The translations under genes were made by a program, and so were the position numbers. Shown here piece after piece: positions 41,113 to 54,357 of a stretch of DNA of 64,000 bases. The stretch is from assembly GCF_006345805.1 (NCBI RefSeq), contig NC_043000.1:116622001-116686000 (forward strand), given 5' to 3'. This stretch comes from Octopus sinensis (lineage: Eukaryota). Each line of letters opens with the position of its first letter. Position 1 is the stretch's first letter. Below the pieces are notes generated by a model. It was not told where the DNA came from, ran no database searches, and was given only the letters and a program-made list of their open reading frames with translations.

Positions 41113-41539
41113 GGATCTTTTCGATTTGAACGGCAGTTTTTAAAAATAATTTCCACGTAACTAATCACTTTGAAACTTCGTATACTGGTAGAATATTTTT
41201 ATAAAATATCTTTTTCTCCTTGCTTTATTGAGACAATTCTATGGTTTGTAAGATATTTGTTGTTGTTTTTCTTCAATTTCTGCAATTTCAACCAATCAAT
41301 GACGTCTATTGAGGTGAAAACATTCTGTGCCGTATGAATATGTCCCTTCTTTAGGAAACAGATTGGGTTTATTTACATTTCTGAAGAAAAAGATACCCCT
41401 CCCCTGACACCTAACCCTAACCCTAACTAACCCTAAACCTAAAACAGATTGAAATGCAATAGATCGATACTAGGGTCATAATTATGGATGACAATTTCAT
41501 ATGACAGAAAAAAACTGCCGTTCAAAACGAAAAGATTCT
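41113..41539. mobile_element. hAT-type MITE, long form (427 bp)
   Basis: TIRs as at 7151; perfect 8-bp TSD CAACCCAT; internal (CCCTAA)-like tract. Confidence 0.9.
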
Positions 41540-41621
41540 CAACCCATTGCTAAATTACAATTTAAGTTCCTACTGGATGAGAACCCGAGGAGCATTTTGA
41601 CCCCACACAGATGAATTTTAT

Positions 41622-41845
41622 ACTCTTTACTCTCATTACTCTTTTACTTGTTTCAGTCATTTGACTGTGACCATGCTGGAGCACCGCCTTTAGTCGAGCA
41701 GATCGACCCCAGGACTTATTCTTTGTAAGTCTAGTATTTATTCTATCAGTGTCTTTTGCCGAACCGCTAAGTTACGATGACGTAAACACACCAGGATCGG
41801 TTGTGAAGCGATGTTGGGGGGAAAAACACAGACACACAAACATAT

Positions 41846-41908
<63 letters not shown>

Positions 41909-42074
41909 TACGACGGGCCTCTTTCAGTTTCCGCCTACCAAATCCACTCAAAAGGCTTTGGTCGGCCCGAGGCTATAGTAGAAGACATTTGCCCAAGGTG
42001 CCACGCACTGGGACTGAACTCGGAACCATGTGGTTCGTAAACAAGCTACTTACCACACAGCCATACCCACGCCT
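41622..42074 (-). mobile_element. SINE family A copy
   Basis: Full-length match. Confidence 0.85.
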
Positions 42075-43293
42075 ATTGATGTTCATTATCAGTTTTTTAT
42101 GCACAACTGCTCACGCGACGTCAGCCATACCTAAGCATTGTTCGCTGCCGTCATTGATGAATTTCTCAACTTGGCTAATTCATGTCTCACATAGTTCTCC
42201 GATCTGTACTAAAAATATTACACTTGTTTGAAAGTAAAACTAATACAATTTCGATATTTCATGTAACTATTGCAACGTTTGATATATCTATTTACGAAAG
42301 GTCATAAGTATGTGAATAAAAACTTTCTGCTACAGATTTTTGTTATCTCCTACTAAAAGTATTTGAACTTACGGAAATTATATATACATTCACGCATACA
42401 TAAGCATTCACATACACACATACACTCACACACTTTCTTATATGTTTATGCATATATATTCATATATATAGATATAGATATAAACATCAGTACATATACG
42501 TATATATACATATAGATACACACAAATATGTATATATATATATGTCAATTATATTATATTTGTAGAAGCGAATTATTTTCTCTCAATTTTTTTCCCCTGT
42601 AATATGTTACAGTTTCTGATAGTTCTCTATACTATTTTATTTCAGAATTTTATGCTGCTTCACAAAAACCTTCGCGTTTCACGGCATTGCGAGGATATAA
42701 GAGAAAAAAGATCAAGGGAATATAATGAAAGAAATCGGCAAAAAATATAAGAAAAATGGCGACGATAAAGATAATGTGATCAGGATAAAATGATACGTCA
42801 TCAAAGACGCAATGGCGACTTTGATGACATACCGCTTTTGAAGTTTTCTGTAACATTGACTTGCATATTAACATTATAGCTCCTGATCTCAGTTTAACTT
42901 TACAAACCGAACATATTTGAATAGTATTTATCATTGAATACGTTTGCCTTTGCAACATTGTTTTCAGACCCAAGTGCGAAGCAATTAAATGAAATTCCCT
43001 TAAGGATTAATCGCTATCTTAAATTGTTAACTATATAAAAGTCATTTTATCGTTTACGTTTACTCAGCTGACTATTAAATCTTTTAGTATGTATAGGTCG
43101 GTGATAGAATATTCTGATGAAGAGAGAATACGATTTATCTATTTGCAAAATGTATTGGTTAGAATAGACGAAGGAATTGATTCTGTTTCGATTATCTGGT
43201 GCGCAAGTATATGACTTTCCTTCTTAGAAGCACAAAAGAAAGCTTGCATTTCCTAAAGGAAATTTTGTATCAGTGAAAAAGAAATTTTATATT

Positions 43294-43782
43294 TCAGAAA
43301 GAAAAGTTTGTACCACAGAAAGGAAAGCTTGTATCACAGAAAGGAAAGCTTGTATCACATAGAGGACAGCTTGTATCACAGAAAGGAAAGCTTGTATCAC
43401 AGAGGGGACAGCTTGTATCACAGAAAGGAAAGCTTGTATCACAGAGAGGACAGCTTGTATTACAGAAAGGAAAGCTTGTATCACAGAGAGGACAGCTTGT
43501 ATCACAGAAAGGAAAGCTTGTATCACAGAGAGGACAGCTTGTATAACAGAAATGAAAACTTGTATCACAGAGAGGACAGCTTGTATAACAGAAAGGAAAG
43601 CTTGTATCACAGAGAGGACAGCTTGTATCACAGAAAGGAAAGCTTGTATCACAGAGAGGACAGCTTGTATCACAGAAAGGAAAGCCTGTATCACAGAGAG
43701 GACAGCTTGTATAACAGAAAGGAAAGCTTGTATCACAGAGAGGCGAGCTTTTATAACAGAAAAGAAAACTTGTGCCAGATAC
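43294..43782. repeat. 21-bp minisatellite, ~23 units, alternating A/B variants
   Basis: CAGAAAGGAAAGCTTGTATCA alternates with CAGAGAGGACAGCTTGTATCA. Confidence 0.95.
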
Positions 43783-44099
43783 AGCAAAGCTTAAATATAC
43801 CATCTTTGTTTAGTCGACTGTCAAATCTTCCTTTTGGCTTGTTAAATTCCAATATTCGTTAATGCAAAATTGTTTAAGCTATCTCATCAATAGAAAAAAA
43901 AAAAAACAAGAAAATAAGCAAATGTGTGATTTTCACTCCTAATTAAACAGATTACTTAATTGACGGCCAGCCTTATTCATGTCCCTCAAATATCAGATAT
44001 CGAAATTCTCTCCTTCTTCTTCCGTTGATGCAGCTTGAACTACGTATTACATATCAATAGATTTCTTCCTTGTACATATATTTGCTGATGTTGTTTTAA

Positions 44100-44352
44100 C
44101 CGTGAAGATGCGTGGCTTAGTGGTTAAGGTATTCGGCTCACGATCATAAGGCTGTGAGTTCAATTCCCGGCGACGCAGTGTGTCTTTGGACAAGACACAT
44201 TATATCACGTTGCTTCAGTCCACTCAGCTGGCAAAAATGAGTTGTACCTGTATTTCAAAGGGCCAGCCTTGTCACACCCTGTGTCAAACCGCATCTCCCT
44301 GAGAACTACATCAAGAGTAAGCATGTCTGTGGAGTGCTCAGCCACTTGCACG
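44100..44352 (+). mobile_element. SINE family C copy (3'-truncated)
   Basis: Matches 23494-23812. Confidence 0.8.
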
Positions 44353-45199
44353 TGTTATTGCTCAAACATAACCCATGACTTAACTCAGATATAATGTATC
44401 TAGAAAGAAATACATTAAATCAAGGTGATAGGAAAAGAAGAAACTGCAATTTCTAGAAACGCAAGATTTCAACATCATAATGGCAGCTGTGAATTGGCAT
44501 GAAGCGCTTCAATAAAAAAAACCTATGTTTTGCGTGTTCTAAAAACATTTACATAACAATTTATGTTTTTTCGAATGATGAAAACGAAATCAAGCCTATA
44601 ATGGATTTTATCACATTTATGGACTGTGGTCCAACTTGATCATGTCTTTTGCTATTTTTAAAATTAAGTCTCCTTCAGAGTGGGCAGAATGCCTTGTGGG
44701 TGAATTTTGTTAGACGGAAACGTGTGGTAGCCTGTCTCGTATTTGAAAGTACATCCCTTCATATCTGAAAGTATTTCTTGTTTCTGGTTTAAAATAACAA
44801 AAATGAGTTCTTCCTTGTAATTAATTATTGTTTTCTACATTGGTATTATGCACATCGTTCTGTCATGAAAAATCTAAAGCATTTGCCAGTCAACTTTCAT
44901 TTCATTTGAAGCAATTTCGTCCATGTAAGAGGGAATATAGCTAATTTTCTCTCACTTTATATATCGATGTACTCAAGATTTCAACAAAATTTATCCTTAA
45001 AATGTCCCATTATATATCATAATGGCCAACTATTGTGAATTATATTGATAATCATCAACGGCTAGTTTGAATATGTCTCCAAAGACTTCACTGAGCTTTA
45101 TAGATGCGGGATGAAAAACATTCATGATTCCATAGATATGTTGAATGTTTCATAAATGTCTCTATATTTATTGACTTTCTCCTCAAACAAATTCAGTGA

Positions 45200-45478
45200 C
45201 TTTAAAAGAGAGCTATTATTCGCATAAGGCTAAGAGCAGTGAATAGCACAAATTCTACACAGTTAAAACAAATGACAAACGATATTTTGCCTCAACCTGT
45301 TGCATTCTGGGTTCAAATTTTACCCTGTTGCATTCTGGGTTCAGATTCACTTACTTTAAAATAGAGCTATTCCCATAAGGCTTAGAGCAGTGAATAGTAC
45401 AAATTCTAAACAGTTAAAACAAATGACAAACTATATTTTGTCGCGACCTGTTGCATTCTGAGTTCAAATTTTACCCTC
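45200..45478 (+). repeat. Diverged ~125-bp direct duplication
   Basis: ACTTTAAAA..GAGCTATT..CATAAGGCT.AGAGCAGTGAATAG.ACAAATTCTA.ACAGTTAAAACAAATGACAAAC occurs twice (~45200 and ~45354). Confidence 0.85.
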
Positions 45479-45916
45479 TAGATCATTCGTTCCTCTGTGA
45501 CCAATATAATGACCATCTTACCGATGCTGGATTTATTAGATCGATACGAGAATAGCGAGGTGTTTTCATTTTGCATATGTGTTCAAAATTATTGTTAGAA
45601 GCATTACGTTTTGCAAACGGTGATACGGCACAACGCAAATTTTAATGTAACATACGTACAATGCAAACCTAAGGAGATATTGTGAGAGAAGATTCAAGAA
45701 CCGCATAATTACTTCGAAACATCAACTTCTAAACACAAGTCATAAATTTACATTTATGCCAATAATAATTGGCGCTATGAGACTTTGTGAGTAAATATCC
45801 AAGTGGAAATCTGGGTCACTTGGAACTTTCAGAGAGAGAAATCAAAAAGCCAGCTTTACAAATGCAAACTGTAAGCGGGAGAGTAGTAATATACAAGATT
45901 GTTCAAACATGTATGT

Positions 45917-45952
<36 letters not shown>

Positions 45953-46301
45953 GTATACTTCCAATACCGAAACACGTGTAGTTCCTTCATTATGATAATT
46001 TTAACTTACGTGGAAGATAATTAAGGAAGTATATTTGATACCCTGTTGGTGTAAAGGGTTTATCTCTAAAGTATTATTTCTTGATGTGTATATAGATACC
46101 ACGAGTTTACCTTCAGATTTACTCGTTATATTATTTTTTGCATAGTCTAAAATAGAATATCCACATATCTATTAATCCCCAAAACTGAATTATTATTAAT
46201 TTCTTTTATATATTTTGTATATTTCTAGATAAATATATAAATATATTATAATCTAATGCTAAATGGTTCTACCTGATTGATTTGGAATTCGTATTACCAA
46301 A

Positions 46302-46355
<54 letters not shown>

Positions 46356-46989
46356 TTGAATATACATATATATACATATACATATGAATCATCCAATGGA
46401 AGCAATTTCATACGATTAACAATGAGAGCCGAAACATCGATGCTACAAGTGCCGCACATTGAGAGCACATTGAGAGCATCCATTCCTACTTACCTATGTA
46501 GAAATACATGCATATACACACGTACGCACGCCACGCACACACATGCGTGTAATGCATGTATGTATACGTGAATGGTGTATGCACTTTAGATGATACTAAA
46601 GAAATTCACAAATTTTGAGTATTAACCAATGAGATGTTAATGTTCAGTCGCAATACTTTCTAATCATAACAATCTGGAAGAGACATGTGTCTGTCATTCA
46701 AGTAAATTCCTGATGTCTTTAAGAGGGTTCCATGTAACTTCCGAATTAGCCTACGACACATGCCTAATGAGAACTGATCGTTAATCTCTTCACTTAAGAA
46801 AATTGATTGTTTACCCGTTGTAAATCATTTGCATTAAGGCATTCTCCGGCACAATTATATAACTGACTATTCAAATTTCTAAGACACGACTGACATTTTG
46901 TGTACAAAATATAAAAACACACAGGCTTTATATGGTACTATATCTAAATATGTGAAATGGGGTGAATACGCGCGCACACACACGTATAC

Positions 46990-47020
<31 letters not shown>

Positions 47021-47117
47021 AATTTCTGTATTTCAAAGATACTACTGTTGTTGTTACACACCTGATTAATCGGTGTGTGTGTGGGTGTGTGTGTGTATAT
47101 ATATATATATATATGTG

Positions 47118-47285
47118 GGTACAGGAGTGGCTGTGTGGTAAGTAGCTTGATTCCCAACGATATGGTTCCGGGTTCAGTCCCACTGCATGGCACCTTGGCT
47201 AAGTGCCTTCTACTATACCCACGGGAAGACCAAAGCCATGTGAGTCGATTTTTCTAGACGGAAACTGAAAGAAGCATCACGTATA
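47118..47285 (+). mobile_element. SINE A 5' half (a SINE A 3' half lies at ~48050-48245)
   Basis: Family A motifs. Confidence 0.75.
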
Positions 47286-47807
47286 TACACACACACTATA
47301 TATATATATATATTATATATATATAATATATATATATATATACATACATACATATATATACTCTAGCTAAACACTGCCTTATAGGGCGGCTTTTAATCTA
47401 GCTCCGGTGGAGGGCTCTTCATTGGGCCTTGAGCCCAATGATGACACTTCATGCATTGAGTACATATTAAATTTTATTAAACTTGACCAATATTTTTGAA
47501 GCAATGAACAATTTTCATCAAAATAATGATATAATTTGTCAACTTGGATCTTATTGCAAAGCTGCATGTTAAAAATCGTTTTTTCTTACCATTCAGGGTT
47601 TAGTACAATTATTTTCTAACCTCTTTCTTTCTGTCTCTCTCTTTCTTTTGATTGTTTTAAACCATGACCATCAACATTACCAACACCATTGCCACCACAA
47701 CTGCCATACACACACCATTCAAACTTCTGACGCCACCACCATCAATACTTTTGACTTCGCCGCCTTCCCTTCCACCACTATTACCACTGTCCCTGGCCAC
47801 CTCAGCT

Positions 47808-47839
<32 letters not shown>

Positions 47840-48244
47840 CAATAACAACAACAACACCACCATCAATATCGCACCCGCCTCTATCATAACCTCAGCTCTT
47901 GCTATTACTATCACCCCATTACCCTCACAACTGTCAATCTACCACCATCTATATGCCTACTATTACTTTCACCTCAACATGAGCAATAGTAGGAGTGAGA
48001 GAGGGATCGAAGTGTGACACAGTGACACACAGAAATTAGTTTTCGCATTTATTTTTTGTAGATATATGCGTGTGTGTTATTTGTTGGTGTGTTTACGTCC
48101 GCGTAAATTTCCGGTTCTGCAAAAAGATCCGATGGAATAAAACTAGGCTTCTTTGCAAATAATAAGCCTTGGCGTTTGACTAAAGGCGGTGCTCCAGCAT
48201 GGCCGAAGTCAAATGATTGAATCAAGAAAAAGAATAAAAGAATA

Positions 48245-48306
<62 letters not shown>

Positions 48307-49106
48307 TACATATATATAATTGTTAAAGCGGACAATTAACGTTAAAGCAAGAGAAACATCTTAAGTAATATACGTTATTATTATTGGAAAAGTCCAAAGT
48401 TTTACAGCTGTTTCTGGGGTATCCCAGAGTATGGGATATTCCGTCATCGGAGATAAATAGGGGGAATGAAAAGGGCACAGATTAATGAAATGATGACACA
48501 GAGGATAGAAGAAAAGGAATGAGACAAAGAAAGAATAAAAAAGAAGCATAAAAGTTTACAGCTCAACTTTCCTACCATGGAGAAGTAAGTCCGAGGGAGA
48601 TAGAGAGAGAGAGAGAGAGAGAGAAAAAGGGAGAGAGAGAAAGACAAAGCTGAAAGAGAGAGAGAGAAATAGCGATGGAGAGACTCAAAACAATTACAGG
48701 AAATACGGACATTGGAACATCTTCAATTTAAAAAAAAAAATTTAGCAGGTAATTAGCAAGCGTAATCTTTCAAGATAACCACCATGTGTTTCTGCTGCAT
48801 AGAAAATGTGCAGCTGCATATGTAACACGCAGTATTCAACTATGCATTTTCATTCACTATATACAGATAATGTGTGTGTGTGTTCACAATTCAAACATGA
48901 ACGTGCTATAGAGATACAATAACTTGGCAGGTTTACGTAATTGAGGTAAAGATAGCCAGAAAGATAGCTTGTCTTCAAGCTATCTTTCTGGCTCAGTGCA
49001 TACTTTTAAACTGGATAGAGTACATCTTTTGCTGAATACACACACAACACGCACGCACACACACACACGTACATATGTATATGTATGTATATATATATAT
49101 AATATA

Positions 49107-49148
<42 letters not shown>

Positions 49149-49252
49149 TTAAATAATGAGGGAGATAAATTAATATTAATTTTAATATCAATTTAAAACC
49201 AGTAGGCTAGCAGACAAAAATCTGAAAAATCAGAGAAAAATTCTAATACATG

Positions 49253-49395
49253 TGTATATTGACAGGGCAAGACTGCTAGGTAGTCGGCCGCATGCTAGAA
49301 ATAGATCATCAACGTTCAAACTACAAAGTTGATCGTTGATGATCTATTTCTAGCATGCGGCCGACTACCTAGCAGTCTTGCCCTGTCAATATACA
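49253..49395. repeat. Perfect 62-bp inverted repeat with 19-nt loop
   Basis: Arms 49253-49314 and 49334-49395 are exact reverse complements. Confidence 0.95.
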
Positions 49396-49496
49396 TATAT
49401 ATATATATATGTAGGTCCCGGGTTGATTCGGGGTTAACCACAGTAAATAAGGTACTCAATACATAGCAGAGTAAAATTAATTTATTATATAGAAGG

Positions 49497-49546
49497 AGCT
49501 TCTACAGACTAGAACTGTTTCATTCAAGAGAAATCTTCAGGAAGCT
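49497..49546 (-). ncRNA. Type I hammerhead ribozyme candidate in a ~280-bp repeat-like element (49412-49690)
   Basis: Minus RNA: AGCUUC CUGAAGA UUUCUCUUGAAU GAAA CAG UUCUAGU CUG UA GAAGCU. 6-bp stem I, intact core, GUA triplet; U-U at the base of stem II. Confidence 0.7.
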
Positions 49547-49899
49547 AGCTAACAAGAATTGTATTGGCATTTATACATTTAGGCAGGTTTAAAGGGGGTT
49601 GGTGGGGGACTTTTTGGGGGTAGGCATAGCGCAAAAAATCATACTTGGGGGAGTGGTCAAGGAGTCAGTGTTAAATTAGATAGGAGAATAAAAAAAAAAA
49701 AAAAAATAAAAATAAAAAAAAAAAAAAAAATAAAAATAAAAATAAAAAATAAAAAAAAAAAATAAAAAATAAAAAATAAAAATAAAAAATATATAAAAAA
49801 TATAAAAAAATAAAAATAAAAATAAAAAATAATATATATATATATATTATATATATATATATATATAAAGGGGGAATAGAGTTTTAGGTAAATAAGGAG

Positions 49900-50733
49900 A
49901 TTCTCACTTATACCTCTACACATACACACATATATACACTCACACATACATATACATATCTACAACACATATATATGTATACATACACACACTCACTTGC
50001 ATACACGTATACACACATGTATATATACACACACGACCACACATACATATACACACAGAAAAAAAAAATATATATACACATACACACACATACTCACATA
50101 CACGCATACACACACAAATCCATACACACACATGCACACACAGCACACTAGTCCCTATATACACATATATACACATACACACATATATATACACCCACAC
50201 ATACACATACATACACATATATATACATACATACACATACACATACATATATATATACATACACATATATATATATATATATATATACACATAGTATACA
50301 TATGTGTACCATGCATACCTACACATACACACATATATATATACATATACAAATACAGACCCATTCCCTAATTTTAATTTTATTATCTTCGTTTATTACT
50401 TTTGGCCGCTTGGTCACAAACATCTTGGCTATGACAGCCAGACCATTTATCCGTCTACTGGAAAACAATTACTCATTCACACGCACACTCATTAGCACGT
50501 ACACTCACTCATTCGTACACTCATACGCATACACGCACGCACGCGTTATATTCATACATACGTAATCTACATACAATCACGTATATACACATACGTACGC
50601 GTACCTACAGATTCATGTCTACACTCTTAGAAGGCTAGTCTATACATATACACAATAAATATAAATACACACACATACATGTACACCTACATACAATACA
50701 TACATGTACTTATATACATACATACACATATAT

Positions 50734-50767
<34 letters not shown>

Positions 50768-50941
50768 ATACACACATAATATACATATATATACATATAT
50801 TATTCATACTAACATGCATACTCAAAAAATAAGTAAATAGTAAATATATATACACGCAGTTATTCATACATGCATACTCAAAAACTAATAAATATTAAGT
50901 ATATGTACGTGCAGTTACCTATTATATAGACGGATACATAC

Positions 50942-50960
<19 letters not shown>
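49900..50960. repeat. Degenerate (CA)/(TA)/(TACA) microsatellite field
   Basis: Direct reading. Confidence 0.9.
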
Positions 50961-50979
<19 letters not shown>

Positions 50980-51019
50980 TGAGAGAGAGAGAGATAGGTA
51001 GATATTGTTTTTTGTTCCT

Positions 51020-51270
51020 TCTCGAGCAACGCCTAGCATATAAGGGCCGGTTTCCCGGTTTCCTTTGCGTATAGGTTCCCCACCTGGACGGGACGGCAGT
51101 CTGCCGCGGGTGACCTGCAAGATGCAGGAGGAAAGAGTGAGAGAAAGTTGTGGCGAAATAGTCAGCAGAAGTTCGCCATTACCTTCTGCCGGAGCCGCGT
51201 GGAGCTTAGGTTTCGCTCATAAACACACATATCGCCCGATCTGAGATTCGAACCACTAGGCTATTTGCCT

Positions 51271-51272
<2 letters not shown>
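51020..51272 (-). mobile_element. SINE family D variant (E)
   Basis: Matches 21030-21300. Confidence 0.8.
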
Positions 51273-51327
<55 letters not shown>

Positions 51328-51328
51328 C

Positions 51329-52190
51329 ATAGGAGGTCTGATCAATATGTATCAGGGCTGTTGCCACAGGGACAAGATAAAGCTCACAGAGTAAAGCCGC
51401 TTGGTAAAGATTCACCTTCATCTCTGTTGTACATGTGTTCTAAGCTTTAACGTTCTAGCCCACTTCCGCTGTTTACAGCAGTACTTGGAAGGAAGTTGTG
51501 TAGCGTGTGATCGTCACGTTGACCATGAGAGGGAAAGTTGACATGGCGATACCCGCTAAGAAGCCCAAGCAAAGTTGGAGAGGAGTGTATGACCGCACAT
51601 ATGCACGAGCGATTCAGACGTTTCCAAGATGGCTGAAAAAATGTCGATTGGCGAATCTTCTGCGAGAGACACAACCCGCTGAACTGAGAAAAATATCGCA
51701 GTTATGCGTGCAGCTGTGAGGGGAAATCGTCGAATCACCATCCCTGAGTTATCAGAGGATATGCAGATTAGTTACGGTACAGTTCAGTCCATTATCACCG
51801 AAGATTTGGGTATGAGACGCATGTCTACCAAGTTTGTGTCAAAACTGCTTTCAGCTGACCAAAAAGACACTCGGCCAAAATCTCCTTAATTGTGTCGAGA
51901 ACGAGGAAAACATTTTGAAAATTTTGCATTGGTCTCTGAGCAGGCAAAATTTGGCAAAATTTGATGCAGATTCTCTGTTCAACTTTCTCTGACATGGTCA
52001 ACGCTATGATCACACGCTACACACGTGCTTTCCAAGCACTGCTGTAAACAGTAGAAGTGAGCCAGAACGTTAAAACTTAATACGCATGCCCAGCAGAGCT
52101 CAAGGTGAATTTATGCCAAGCGGCTTACTTCGAGTACTTTAGCTTCGTTACTATGCTACGTCAAAAGTCCGTATACTTATTGATCAGACC
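51329..52190. mobile_element. Non-autonomous mariner with two inverted left ends (~210-bp TIRs)
   Basis: Ends GGTCTGATCAATATGTATC / GTATACTTATTGATCAGACC. Plus strand encodes the HTH block NRRITIPELSEDMQISYGTVQSIITEDLGMRRMSTKFVSKLLSADQK; minus strand right arm encodes MSEKVEQRICIKFCQ. Confidence 0.85.
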
Positions 52191-52297
52191 ACACACACAC
52201 ACATACATACATACATGCATACATACGTACATACATATACATACATACATATACATACATATAAATATATATATATTATATATATTATATATATATA

Positions 52298-52337
<40 letters not shown>

Positions 52338-53266
52338 TATATATATATGATTAAATTTAATTAACTTGAACCAAAACCTTAATTTTAGTTTCATAATCTG
52401 ATTGATCGTGGATAAAAATCATGTTTATCGTATTTTAAAGTCTTCCCTAGACTTGGATCCAGGTGACGTAATAAAATTTCGATCTCTCTTATCTCTCCCC
52501 TCTCTTTCTGTTTATAATTCTATAACGACAGAATCATTATTTGTACATAGAGGCAATCTTTGACTCCATCGTAACTTCGATGTTGTGTTAGAACAAAGAA
52601 TACTGCGTTATTTAGCTTGCGTGGTCCACGAGTCTATATGAATGATGCTCTCGAAATAAATACCTCAGTATTCTGTGTTCTAACACAACACCCAAGTTAT
52701 GTTAGAGATAAAGACACACACACACACATACACACATAAATATATATATATATAGTGCACTTGACAGTAAGATCAGCAAAAACGCAGGCCATCTGGTGAG
52801 AGATAAATATTATTTAATATACACAATATATGTTAAGTGCTACTTTTAGTTTCATGTGCTGAGAACATGCCAAACAGTTTTTATAACAGAAACGCATATA
52901 TATACATATATATATTTATACATACGCACATACACTCATATATGCGTATTTGACAGTATATTTATCTGTGTGTTGCATACATACACAACTGCACGTATTA
53001 CTCGTGAAAATTATCAACTTATACAATATGCTAGTATTTTCATTGAGCAGATGTAAATATTTTAACGTTTGCTTTAAAATATTTTCGTTCAATAGCTATA
53101 GGAAATCGTGAACAGTATTTATAAAATTCGTAAATATATATGTTTAGCCATATAAACACTTTTTAAAGAGAGCGTGTATATGATATTCATCTAGAGTTTA
53201 TGAAATACTAAAGGCTGCTAAAACTTAGCAATGTATACTATTTTATAGCTTGATTGTTAGTATATA

Positions 53267-53675
53267 GGCGCAGGAGTGGCTGTGTGGTAAGTAGCTTGCT
53301 TTCCAACCACATGGTTCTACGTTCAGTCGCACTGCGTGGCACCTTGGGCAAGTGTTTTCTGCTATATCCTCGGGCCGACCAAAGCTTTGTGAGTGGATTT
53401 GGTAGACGGAAACTGAAATAAACCCGTCGTATATATATATACATATGTTTGTGTGTATGCGTTTGTGTGTTTGTGTGTATATGTTTGTGTGTCTGTGTTT
53501 GTCCCCCCACCATCGCTTGACAACTGATGCTGGTTTGTTTACGTTCCCGTAACTTGGCGGTTCGACAAAAGTGACTGATGGAATAAGTCCTGGTGTCGAT
53601 TTGCGCGATTAAAGGCGGTGCTCCAGCATGGCCGTAGTCAAATGGCTGAGACAAATAAAAGAGAGTAAAAGCGAG
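53267..53675 (+). mobile_element. SINE family A copy
   Basis: Full-length match. Confidence 0.85.
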
Positions 53676-54357
53676 AATACAGGCTTGCAGTTTCTATTAA
53701 ATATATTATTAATTGCAGGATATGGAAGACTTGTGGTGCTAATTACCTTCTACGATATTCTGTTACTGGCAAAGTCGAAGTGGTGAATGTTAAGCATAAA
53801 ACCTGTGGAGCGGTGTCTGAACTAGAAATGCAAGTACAGATGTTGTTGTAGACCAATGAGATTTTGGAAGAGCTTTGGCAAAGAGTTCAACGGAACAAAA
53901 TTCTGAAAATAGTTAGGGTGGTGATAATTAGAGAAATGTGTGCATCTGTTTGGCATCATTCTATGTAATACACTTTATTTGAGAGGAAGAAAACCGTTGT
54001 AGCAGCCGTATAAGATACCGAGGAACGGTGCGGATTAACTTTCAAATAAAAAGAGAAATATTTTAGTCGAAAGGAAAAGCATTACCCATGAGATTTTATT
54101 AGGGTCCCCGAGAGAGCTAAGATTAATGTAGGAATGTATTCTCTAGCCGAAGACACGGCAAGAATGTTTGGTATTGAATGACCCCCAATAAATGCAACCA
54201 CGTAGCCAGAAAGGGGCCGAATACATTTTTTGTTAATCCGCCACCATAGTGCTTAAAATTTTGTGTAACCTCAAAAGGATGAAGGACGAAGTTGATTTCG
54301 GGAATAACATGTGTTAGATGTAGGCGTGTAATGTGCTTAATATTCTACCAATAAAGT

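Noticed and set aside
42650-42973. 107-aa minus-strand ORF with a hydrophobic stretch
   Set aside because: Hydrophobicity follows from T-rich sequence; no recognisable family or splice context.
47648-48017. T/N/H-rich ORFs
   Set aside because: Degenerate (CAC)/(CAA) trinucleotide field; no splice or homology support.
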